DNA of 64,000 bases from Ascidiella aspersa. Lineage: Eukaryota. Of the stretch, positions 1 to 11,078 are shown piece after piece (the stretch's first letter is position 1; each line of letters opens with the position of its first letter). The notes under the pieces are model-generated. The model was not told where the DNA came from. It worked only from the letters and a program-made list of their open reading frames with translations, and ran no database searches. The translations under genes were made by a program, and so were the position numbers. The stretch spans positions 2,418,001 through 2,482,000 of the forward strand of contig OZ004607.1 of the NCBI GenBank assembly GCA_963924565.1, in the 5' to 3' direction.

Positions 1-202
1 TTAGCAATTAGGAAAATAGAAACTTTTTTTTAAGTCTGCAAAATCGTTTATAAGTTAAAGCTTGAGATTATTGTGAACGAAATAGTTTTTAGGTCAATCC
101 TTCAACATTTATGCAAAATCTTGACAATAAACAGACAAAATTAGGCGGGGGCGCGCTTGTTGTGTATATTTTGTCAAGGGGTGTATTTTCAGGACTTAAT
201 GT

Positions 203-360
203 NNNNNNNNNNNNNNNNNNNNNNNNNNNNNNNNNNNNNNNNNNNNNNNNNNNNNNNNNNNNNNNNNNNNNNNNNNNNNNNNNNNNNNNNNNNNNNNNNN
301 NNNNNNNNNNNNNNNNNNNNNNNNNNNNNNNNNNNNNNNNNNNNNNNNNNNNNNNNNNNN
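203..360. other. Assembly gap (158 N)
   Basis: Run of N. Confidence 0.99.
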
Positions 361-885
361 TTATTATTTTTATGATTTTTATTTTTTTTAATTATTATTA
401 TTATTTTATTTTTTACTATTTTTTTTTTGGGCCGAAAATTTCCCCATTTAGTTATGGCTTTGGTGCGAGAGCGGTTCAAATATGGCGTAGTATTAGGGGA
501 ATGATCGAAACATATATTTGATAAATAGAATTTACCTAGATATAATCTTATAATAGTTTCATGCCAGAACTAACATATTATTCCACGTGTTTGCATATTT
601 GTGGGTAGATCTATGTATGCTAACAATATATTGTTTTGTAAACATTCTGTACGAAACGCAGCCTGTCACAGTTTACAGTTCACATACCGCCTTTCGAGTT
701 CAATTAGAATTACTTCAGCGCTCAAACAGAGTTTAGTATTATTTGGAAATAATCTTTGCGATGTGGCCAATTTGTCATTCCTAACGCTAAGAACTAACTT
801 GGGATGTCCGATACTTGGTATTTCTAATAACCGATATTTTCGTTTAAAAATATCGTGATTGGATCCGATTGTAGATCATGTCACA

Positions 886-2122
886 CAGTGGCGTATCCAG
901 GGGGGGTGGACCCCCCCCCCCCCTTTTCGTAAGTGACAATATCGTTTTTTGTTCGTTTTTGTCAGCGTTTAAACTCACCGTCCGAAGCTGCGTGATTTTA
1001 AATGTAATTGGGTCACGCGTCTTGAGCTAATGCGAAACCAAAATCAAAAGCAAAACGCCGTTTTTCGTCTTTTGTTTGGTCGACCGTAAACGCTAGATAG
1101 TTTTTCTCTTCTTTCGTTATTCGTTCGGGTTGGCTGATCAGCAAGTGTGTGTTCGACAACTAATAATATAAATCAACCGGTTTCCGTTTTTTTCTCTCTG
1201 AAAACGTCGAGTTAGACTGTGCTGATATTTCTCGCTGTTTGTTGTCTGCGTTAATATCAGATGTTGGTGTAAGACTGGGGTCGGCAACCTACTGTATCGG
1301 GCCCGTCGCCTCTTTGACAAACTATACACGAGTTCATTTCTAATACTTTTTGACTATTTTAACTACGCAAGTGCGAAATAATCTTCCTACGTCCCATTTG
1401 TTAACGTTTTGATGCTGCATTTTGAACTAGATCAGCGCTTCTTTACCGTTGCGCCGTGGAAAGCTGCCATTTGCGTCGCGGACAAACCGGAAACGTATTC
1501 AAAAATATTTGACATATATTTTTCAACATTTTTCATTTTCAGCAATGTAATTAAAAACTTGCAAAAAATTTAAAAGAAACGCCGTTATATCAAAAAAAAA
1601 ATCGCGCTCGCTTCGCTCGCCAGGTGCGCCCAAACTTAAAACGGTTATCAAACGCTGAACTAAATTAACTAACTGTTAAAGTTAGACCGTTTTTTTCGAA
1701 ATAGTTTTATATGTTGCGCTAATCAAAACAACACCCGGGAAAAACGATCTCCGTTTAGTATTGCAGATGGCGAAAGACGTGATTGTAATATAGCCTAGTC
1801 CCGTACTTGGATCTACCAAAATCAATCACACATATTTCACGGTCTTGGTTTAGTTTTTCGCCTGAAGTTAACGATTACACACTAAGCGGTTTGGCAGCTG
1901 GCGCCTGATAGGATTGTCGATAACGCACGTGTACGCTTTCCGTCTAAATGTTCGCTTTTGCTGGAGGTTAATCGGCTGTTTCGGATGATTTTTTTTCTTG
2001 TTCATGACGTCCTATCCGTCACTATTTTATGACGTCATTAACGTCAGATGAAAAAACAACGGGCAATTCCCTAAGTTGAAAATTCGTAACCCCCCCTTTT
2101 TGAATTTCTGGATACGCCCCTG
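886..2122. mobile_element. Non-autonomous hAT-type DNA transposon (MITE)
   Basis: TIRs CAGTGGCGTATCCAG / CTGGATACGCCCCTG (14/15 match); perfect 8-bp TSD ATGTCACA at 878-885 and 2123-2130; no transposase ORF. Confidence 0.9.
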
Positions 2123-2327
2123 ATGTCACATATATAGGCATTTCGGGTTCAACCTAGGAATTCTGTCCACTCGTTTACCCCCTTGCCGCAACCTAACCCC
2201 AAAGTTTTTATTTCTACGCTAAATGCTTATAAATGCTTCAGATTATAAGCCGACATTTTGTTTTGCATAAATAAGCCTATTTAGTTTGTATTTTTAACGC
2301 AATGCATTTTCCAAGCTTTTATTGAAC

Positions 2328-2637
2328 GTAAGTTTTATTTGAGAGGCGGCCGTTAGTCTCGTTGCGATATTCGGTGAAGATTTTTCCATGGTCTTGTTAC
2401 TTTATTATTTTATAAGTTACCGATAAACCAAATGTTTGATGCACGTTTCGAAAGCAAATTATTGAAAGATTCGAAGCGTCTTTTATGTTAAACGCGCACA
2501 AAACAATAATAATCTGGTAACAGATTGGGGCTTGAGAAAAAGGGAATTTAACTTATTTGTATGATGAGCATTGGTAAAAGGTCGTGACTATACACCAAAG
2601 TGCTTAGTATATTATTGAACTGCTTGATACTTTTTAG
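2328..2637 (+). other. Probable 5'-UTR intron of first ZF gene
   Basis: GTAAGT donor at 2328; TTTTTAG acceptor ending 14 nt before ATG 2652; homologous sequence recurs upstream of other paralogs (~3970-4300, 14402-14680, ~16830-17181). Confidence 0.55.
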
Positions 2638-2651
2638 AACTTAAATTAAAC

Positions 2652-3470
2652 ATGTCAAAGAACCAAAGCGATTATGCAAGGAATCAGCTGAAAAAAGAGA
2701 GCGATGATGGATTTTCTGATGATTCTGTTGCCACGGTTACTGATTGGTCATCACAAGAACATGAACCTGTAAGTGAAGAGTCCGATTGTGAAGAACAAAG
2801 TGACTTGGATCAAATGGATACTTCTAAGAAGGATAAAAGTCAGGATAATCCAACAAAGATGAACAAAATTACAAATAACAGCATGGAGTTTCGGTGCAAC
2901 ATTTGCGAAAAGTTGTTTAAAAATCGTTATAAGGTCAATAGCCATTTATCCAGATTTCACTTTAAGAAACACAAATGCAAAGTTTGCGAGAAAGCGTTTG
3001 GGACAATTGGCGATCTTGAAAACCACATAAGAATTCACTCTGACGAAAAACCCTTTAAATGTGCTTATTGCGATAAAGGCTTCAAAGTAGCTCAAAACGT
3101 AAAAGTACACGAACGAATTCACACTGGGAAAAGACCATATCAGTGCAAATATTGTGGAAAGTGTTTTACTCAACTGTCTAACCTCAACACACATAATATC
3201 ACACACACAGGCGAAAAACCTTACAAATGTAAAGTTTGTGACAAGTGTTTTACCCAGGCTGGAAGTCTCAAAACTCATGAAATAATTCATACCGGAAAAA
3301 AACCTTACAAATGCTTGGAATGCGGAAAGTCTTTTAAACAGGCAGGACATCTTAAAAATCATAAAAGAAGTCACACTGGAGAAAAACCTTACAAATGTAG
3401 AGAATGTGGAAAGTGTTTTAACCATACAGGAAATCTTAATAGACACAAAAGACGCACGCACGCTATATAG
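2652..3470 (+). CDS. C2H2 zinc-finger protein, 7 fingers, acidic N-terminal module
   Basis: 272-aa ORF; seven CxxC...HxxxH fingers with TGEKP-type linkers; N-terminal SDDGFSDDSVAT..WSSQEH. Confidence 0.93.
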   Translation: MSKNQSDYARNQLKKESDDGFSDDSVATVTDWSSQEHEPVSEESDCEEQSDLDQMDTSKKDKSQDNPTKMNKITNNSMEFRCNICEKLFKNRYKVNSHLSRFHFKKHKCKVCEKAFGTIGDLENHIRIHSDEKPFKCAYCDKGFKVAQNVKVHERIHTGKRPYQCKYCGKCFTQLSNLNTHNITHTGEKPYKCKVCDKCFTQAGSLKTHEIIHTGKKPYKCLECGKSFKQAGHLKNHKRSHTGEKPYKCRECGKCFNHTGNLNRHKRRTHAI

Positions 3471-4308
3471 AGAAAAAAAACTTAAAAAATATACCCTGTA
3501 AAATATTTTTGTAAAATATAAAACTGAACATTGAATTATTAGTTCCTGGACAGAACCCTTTTATTCTGTTCAAATATAAAAAACAGTAATGTTGCAAATA
3601 ATTGAAAATACACCTACAATTTAAAAGAAATGTGAATATGCGCGAATATATATTCATAAGAATGTAATCAATTTTCAAACTCGATAAACTAACAGGATCC
3701 TGTATTTTTTCTATCCGCTTAACTCTTCATTTTATGTTATCCATCATTAGCGTTGAAACACTTACTTTAAGTTGTGGGATCTTTATTTAATCCTGTTCTT
3801 TTTTGTGCCTTAAATAAAGCGTTTGTAATTACCCCTGTACAATTTATATGTATCGTTCGTTTCAAACGCTGTCATAATTTTTACTTTTCGAATTTTACTC
3901 TCTAAGAAATATATGTGGAAAATGTATCCAATTCTTGTATTATTATTGTCATAATGTTGAGAGCCCGCTCCGCTGTTAGTCTCTTTGCTATTAGTTACAG
4001 ATTTTTTAATGGTGATGTTGCTTTGTTATTTTATAAGTTATAGACCTTATAAACCAAGCATTTGATGCAAGTTTGGAAAGCTTAGTTGCTAATGAAAGGT
4101 TCGGGTTCCAAGAAAGTTTTTTTATGTTAATTGTGCAACAAAACAATAATAGTATGGTCACAGATTTGGCTTGAGAAGAATTAAACAAATTAAGTCACAT
4201 GAGAAAAATGGGAATATATCTTAGATGGATCAATGTAGTTTAAAATAGCATTGGTAAAAGCTCGTGCTTTGTATTATTAGTGAAACTATTTTTCAAGTAA
4301 ATTAAAAC

Positions 4309-4800
<492 letters not shown>

Positions 4801-5760
4801 ATATAAAACAAAGCGTTTGAAAACGCTGCAAAGATTACTTCAAAATGCATAATATATTTTACTTTTAAAACGTTTTTAACGTATTCAACATGGATATAAC
4901 GAACAAAATAGTTTTAAAAGAACAAAACAAAGTATTTTTTGTAAATAGTGTGAGAAATACTTTTGTGACCTAAAAAATGATAATAAAAAATGTAAATATT
5001 GCGCGAGGACTGAACACATATTTAAAGTGCAATCGTTTTTTCTATGCAGGGTACTGTTACGCCCCGCCGCCACTTGTGCACTGGGGCCTGGTCCCTGACC
5101 CCATACAGTTGTCCGGCAGGACACAACCGCGTAAGTTCTCATTGGTTGGCGAAGATTTCTGGCTAGATATGCACCTGTAATAACCACAACTGAAATACCA
5201 ATTAAAATTATACTGTTACAATTTGAAGTAAAACGTTATGAAATAGCATTAGTGAATGTATACTTGTTTTCAAGTTACTACCACGGCCTATTGCCGCCAC
5301 TGTCGGCTCAACACTGCTCCAGACTGTTGAGACATGGCATAAAGAGCGAGAAAGTTACACGTCATATTTGGCCAATAAGACACTTTTTAAACATGGTTAG
5401 GCACTAGCAAAACAAGTGGCTTGTTTTGAAGAGCGCGTTTATCACCGCCCGCAAGGACTAATAACATATTAGGAGGTTAAACGTTAAAAGTCAAGTTTGA
5501 AACAAGGCGAGCGAACGTACAAAAACTCATGAATTTTGCAATTAAATCGACGAATTGCTTCACCGACACAACAATACAGAAAACATTAAATCATGAAATA
5601 TTATATTATGCAACCTATAATACATTTGATTGTGCAAAAACTAACGCGCTAATCTGAAACCTTATTTATCAATTCGTAAAATAACTTAAAGAACTCTAAG
5701 ATTTGGCGTAAGGCAATTAATTAATTTAGGTGTTTAATGTGTTAGTGGACACGTAACAGG

Positions 5761-5935
5761 TACCTTAGAGCTCATGTAAGAGTTCACACTCGAAAAAAAA
5801 CTTATAAATGTAAAGTTTGTGGAAGATGTTTCATTTATTCAGTAAGCCTAAGATATCAAGAAAAAACACAAAAATGAGAGTGAAGAAAATGAAAAATGCT
5901 TCGCCGAATCGTCAAGCCTCAAAACACATAAAGGT
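5761..5935 (+). pseudogene. ZF relic (about two decayed fingers)
   Basis: Translates YLRAHVRVHTRKKTYKCKVCGRCF...; no N-terminal module, early stop. Confidence 0.7.
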
Positions 5936-6094
5936 ACTTTTACAAAACAAGAAACATATTTAAAAAAATTTCAAATGACCTCAACCATAACTATTCATAA
6001 AGTATGTTTACATTTTTCCGCTTCAATTAAATAAACTACGCTACATCTGTTTGCATATGAAATCATCCATGCGTGAAATAAAACTAGCTTTCAT

Positions 6095-6220
6095 TAATCA
6101 GCCACGCGTTTCGGGCGTGCGGAAACGGAAGTTCTTGGTTTAGACAAGCTGTACAGTGTTCATAGTTGCCTTTCTGTAATGTAGTGGTATATAGTTTAAC
6201 AACGTGCGATTAAGCGTTTA
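6095..6220 (+). promoter_or_regulatory. Conserved upstream block with ETS-like ACGGAAGT
   Basis: TAATCAGCCACGCGTTTCGGGCGTGCGGAAACGGAAGT...TTCTGTAA ~400 bp before ATG 6510; homolog at ~57742-57880, weaker at ~51840-51925. Confidence 0.45.
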
Positions 6221-6509
6221 ACATTGCTTAAGATTAAGATTTAAGGTGAAACACAACTATACGTTAATAAACATATGGTACCTATATATTAAACACAGTA
6301 AGAGAACAGTTCCAAGCTTTCTATATTAACACAGTTGTCACCACTGATAAACCATTATATGACCTTAGAGCTACAAATGCAGCAGTGTGCAGTAAGCTAA
6401 TCACAGTAAGGGAACAGTTCCAAGCTTTTTTTTGCTGAATCGGTCATTTTGTTGTGGCGATAATTTAATGAAAATAAGTAATTAATGTTTTTTAGAGAGG
6501 GATTGAAAT

Positions 6510-7217
6510 ATGTCAAACCAGATAACTGATTTTGTGACCACGAAGTTAAAAAAACACAGCTATGATGGATTGTCTGATGATTTAGTTTCTACAATAACAG
6601 GTTGTTCATCACAAGAACATCAACCTGTAAGTGAAGAGTCCGATTGTGAAGTACAAAGTAACTTGGATCAAACGAATACAAGGAAAGAACAAAGCAAGAA
6701 TAGGTCAAAACGGAAGACAGAGTTCCGATGTCACGTTTGTGAAAAGTGTTATAAAACGGGTTACGTATTAAAACAGCATTTGTCCAGAGCTCACTTCAAG
6801 AAACACAAATGCAAAGTTTGTGGGAAACTATTTGGAATAAGTAGCCTACTCGAAACCCACATGCGAACTCACACTGGAGAGAAACCTTTCAAATGTAATT
6901 ATTGCCCTAAATGTTTTAACCAAGCTCAAACCTTGAAATTACACGAACGAATTCACACCGGAAAACGACCATATGTGTGCAAAGTTTGTGACAAGTCTTT
7001 TTGTCGGGCAGTTGATCTTAAGTATCACGAAAGATTTCACACTGGTGAAAAACCCTTCAAATGCAAAGAATGTGGAAAATGCTTTACCCAGACAGGAAGT
7101 CTAAATGCACATGAAAGATTTCACACTGGAGAAAAACCTTACAAATGTAAAGAATGTGAAAAATGTTTTAGCTGGTCAGGAAATCTTCGAAGACATGAAA
7201 GGACTCATATTAAATAA
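6510..7217 (+). CDS. C2H2 zinc-finger protein, 6 fingers
   Basis: 235-aa ORF, six fingers, diverged acidic module; AG acceptor just upstream of ATG. Confidence 0.92.
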   Translation: MSNQITDFVTTKLKKHSYDGLSDDLVSTITGCSSQEHQPVSEESDCEVQSNLDQTNTRKEQSKNRSKRKTEFRCHVCEKCYKTGYVLKQHLSRAHFKKHKCKVCGKLFGISSLLETHMRTHTGEKPFKCNYCPKCFNQAQTLKLHERIHTGKRPYVCKVCDKSFCRAVDLKYHERFHTGEKPFKCKECGKCFTQTGSLNAHERFHTGEKPYKCKECEKCFSWSGNLRRHERTHIK

Positions 7218-7246
7218 ATGCTCGGAAACAACAACAACCCTTAGAT

Positions 7247-7577
7247 CAGTGGTTCTCAACCTGTTTTCTTTCGTGGCCCATTTACGTTGCAAAAAAAATC
7301 TGTGGCCCAATTGTTTTATGAAAGAAAAAATGTAAAATAGGTTTAGAACAAAACACAGCAGAACATATTTCAAAACAGATTATTTATTCAACCGTGCATT
7401 AATGAGATACTTGCGGCTGAACAATAAATTTATATTCCTTTTTAATTCGTCCCCAAGCCATTATTCCTGTAAAATTAAACATAGTGACACAAATAAAACT
7501 AAATCTAGCGTTTTTCAATTGGTCTGTGGCCCACCTCAAATGTTCTTATGGCCCACCAGTGAGCCATGGCCCGCTGG
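7247..7577. mobile_element. hAT (Charlie-like) MITE, right TIR partly lost
   Basis: Starts CAGTGGTTCTCAACC after CCTTAGAT; GGCCCA subterminal motifs at both ends; followed by TSD-like CTTAGAC. Confidence 0.7.
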
Positions 7578-9534
7578 CTTAGACTGAGACAAAGAACTAT
7601 TTTTCATGTAAATTTAACGAATTTCTTCCATACATATATATTGAAAATATGTAAAAATCAACTCTATATTTACTAATTTTGTATGTTTCCATTTAAACAG
7701 TTGTAAAACAGCAGAGAAAGTTTTAATAATTTTTTTAAATTTATGTATCTTTATTGTATATTTTAAAATGCAAGACACAAGGACTTCGACTGTGAGCAAA
7801 GAGCGCTACATCGACCTCGTATAGAATAATTGTTTTTTTACTGCGGGTAAAACTACTGCAGTTTGTAACAACATGCAGATTTATTAAAGGTATTTTACGA
7901 ACAAACGCAGATTTCGCCAATAAAGTTTTTGTACAATTCGATGTTTCAATAAATCGATCTGAAAAAGCATAAGTTTGAACTTGGACTGTTTTTCACAACA
8001 TTTTTGTCTGTTAAAAAACAAACCAACCAAGAACAAGATTGCTCTAAACGTACTCGGTGATAAGAACGAGTAGTGAGTATGTTTTACTGGTGTTAATTGA
8101 TACTAACTTACCGAGTATGTTGTGATGGTGTTTAAAGTATGTTTAATTACTTACTGGATGATTTGCGACTTTTTGAGCTTAACCATAAGTCTTTCGATAA
8201 TAGAACGTATTTCTTCCTTTTACGGCTGATTATCATTTTATAGTTTGGGACACAATCCCCAAAGTAGCTGATAAGGATAAGGATTGATTTACGTTCTCGA
8301 TCAAGACGTTTATTGGACAGCACGATCGGTATAAGGCAAACACCCATGCAACCCAAGTGATCGCATTAGGCTACAGCTTGTTCCTTATTAAAGATTTCAA
8401 ACTGCCCTTAAAATGCACCTAATTCTTTCGTTATCCACCCGACGACATTATGTCGCTCCTACGCAATATAAAGCCACAAAACACACGCAGCGTTGAAGCA
8501 ACGGTGGCTTCAAATTTCACACAACGTCCTATCCCCCCAGGTAGAGTGAGTCGGCGGGTAGCCGATAGAAACGGCGGTTCCCGTGGCCAAACTTTATAAT
8601 CGATGCAAAAGGATCACAGTAATTACATTTGCAACATTTACCCCCTTTTAAAAATAATCCTCAATTAGCTTACTTTAAAAAAACACAAATGCAATCAAAA
8701 ACAAACTGCACTCCGATTTAAAACGGCTTTATGGCGTATAACGAGAAACGAAATTTAGCAAAAGAGGAAAACTAAAACAAACATATTACAAAATTGGAAT
8801 ACAGTAGGTTAAATAACCTTTTCTTAAAAGAGACTTCGTGATATATATACATTTTAAAACAGTTTTGTGATGCATACTTTTAAAAACAAACTTAAAAGTA
8901 GGCAACATAAAAACGATAACAAACGAGAATCATATCACAAAGTCATTTCAACTCTAAACAACTCTAGTCATCGCAATGACCCATTTAAACGCGAGCTGCT
9001 CAATTCTGCCTCTGTATGGTGACGGCAAACCGGAGGGATGTTAAACACCCTGTTGATCTCGTTTGGCATAGTGACCATGATTTTCGAAATGTAAAGACTT
9101 AACTAATTTTTTTCTAAATGATTTTTTCACAATGCTGGGTGTTAGAAAATTATTTTTATAAGTAAGGTGCATGACGATGTGCAGTGATGTAGAAATCAGA
9201 CGATTTTTAATTTCAGAATCTGTATTCGACTATTCGTACTCAGTTTTTTACTGTGTTTAAGTAGTTGCAGTTTTTAAAGTATCCCTTTTCTTTTTATATG
9301 AAGTAATTGCTATTTTTTTTTAAGTAATTGGCTCACTATAGTCAACACTTTTGAATATAAAGGAAATCTTTTAATTTAAGTTTTTAAATAAACACTTAAA
9401 GCAGAAGCTATATATTTACAAAAAATACAAAAACAGTGGTAACAACGTTTAGTGTTTTTTAGTGTGAAGTATTAATGTGTTTTTGCGAATTAAACTAGCA
9501 GCATTTTCTCCATGTTTGTACTTATTTAACTTTT

Positions 9535-10451
9535 CTCAAGTGTGAGTCCTTTCATGTCGTCTTAGGCTTTTCACCATTGTGAATTCTTTCATGAACTTTA
9601 AGAGTTGCTGCACGACAAAAACATTTTTCACAAACTTTGCATCTAAAAAGTTATTTGCCAGTGTGTATTCGTTCATGTATTTTAAGATGACTTGCTTGGA
9701 TACAACGTTTTCCACAAAATTTCCATTTGCAATGTTTCTGTCCAGTTTGAGTTCTCACTTCTTTAAAGCTTTTTGCACAAACTTTGCATTTGTAAGGTTT
9801 TTCTCCTGTGTGAATTTTGTCGTGTTTCTTTAGATTTCCAGCATGGCTAAAGCATCTTCCGCAAACTTTGCATTTGTAAGGTTTCTCGCCTGTGTGAATT
9901 CGTTGATGTCTTTCGAGTTTTGAAGATTCCAGAAAGGCTTTTCCACAATCTTTACAAATAAATGATCTTTCACCAGTGTGTATTAACTTATGTCTATTAA
10001 AATTGACAGTATTTTTAAATCGTTTTCCACAAACTTCGTATTTATATGGACTTTCTCCGGTGTGAATTCTTGTGTGAATTGTAAGTTCTCTACTTCTACC
10101 AAACAATTTCCCACAAAACTTGCATTTGTATTTCTTGAAGTGAACCGTGGATAAGTGATAACTGAGCAGAGGGCGTCTTTTGAAACACTTTTCACAAATG
10201 TGACATCGAAACTCCGTATTATTGTCGCTTTGGGGTTTGAGATTTCCATTCCTTGTTGTAAGGTCTTTTTCCTTTTGCTGTTTGTTAAGATGATCCAAGT
10301 CACTTTCTTCTTCACAATCGGACTCTTCACTTACAGCTTGATGTTCTTCTGATGACCAATCAATATTCGTGGCAATAGAGTCGTCAGAAAATCCATCATC
10401 GCTCTGTTTTTTCAACTCTGCATTTTCAAGATTGGTTTAAGATTTTGACAT
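9535..10451 (-). pseudogene. Inverted ZF paralog, pseudogene
   Basis: True start ATG at 10451 reads ATG TCA AAA TCT TAA (stop at codon 5), in frame with ORF 9651-10415; one finger has C>Y, one is internally deleted; finger sequence continues past the stop at 9651. Confidence 0.85.
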
Positions 10452-10803
10452 ATTTTATTTCCTAAGAATACTTGAAAGAGGTTTGTCAAAATGTAAAACC
10501 GCACCTATCGCCAACAGTACACAGTATCACGTCTATAGAATAGAAAAACCTGATGTCAGTTTGCCAGCCACGTAAACTACAGAGTGGTAAACCTAAACTT
10601 CTCACGCTATGTTTTTTTAAAGGCTGTCGATCTGTTTTGATAACAACGTTATAAGTAAATGAAAGATGTATACGCACGCCTGTGAAAACGATGATATAGC
10701 CTTTCTAAAGTCGCTTTGTGATATCATAGTATAGCGGGAGCCTTAGGAAGAAAAAACACTTCTATTTATTTTGGAGCATAATGGTTGGAGGTTGTAGTAA
10801 GAC

Positions 10804-10968
10804 GTAATAAGAATATCAAAGCCCATACAGAAGTAGGTATCATTTTGGACGTTTCGAATAACTCTTTATTCATTTTCAACATCTTGAAAATGTTGAAAAT
10901 GAATAAAGAGTTATTCGAAACGTCCAAAATGATACCTACTTCTGTATGGGCTTTGATATTCTTATTAC
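10804..10968. repeat. Perfect inverted repeat, 79-bp arms with 7-nt loop; Penelope pLTR-like
   Basis: 10804-10882 is the exact reverse complement of 10890-10968. Confidence 0.95.
10893..10924 (+). ncRNA. Minimal hammerhead-like motif with U3-A8 core variant (mirror copy on minus strand 10848-10879)
   Basis: UUGAAAA-U-[GAAUAA agag UUAUUC]-GAAA-CGUC: core, stem II, palindromic ACGU stem III, GUC triplet; stem I only ~2 bp. Confidence 0.5.
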
Positions 10969-11006
10969 TTCTATTTATGATGCAAGAAAAGCGGACGAGA
11001 CAACTA

Positions 11007-11078
11007 TCCTTTGGTGAGATTCGAACTCACAACATTGGTCAAAAAGGGTCGTCGCTCTACCAACTGAGCTACACAGGT
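11007..11078 (-). other. tRNA-like element (pseudo-tRNA or SINE head)
   Basis: A box TAGCTCAGTTGGTAGAGC; T arm GTGAG-TTCGAAT-CTCAC; partial acceptor stem CCTGTG/CAAAGG; anticodon arm unpaired. Confidence 0.75.

Noticed and set aside
111-521. ORFs spanning the gap
   Set aside because: Artefacts of translating N bases and low-complexity T-rich flank
8000-9080. GC-richer patches and short ORFs
   Set aside because: No recognisable protein, RNA motif or terminal repeats
11007-11078. Functional tRNA gene
   Set aside because: Anticodon stem does not pair and contains a T5 run
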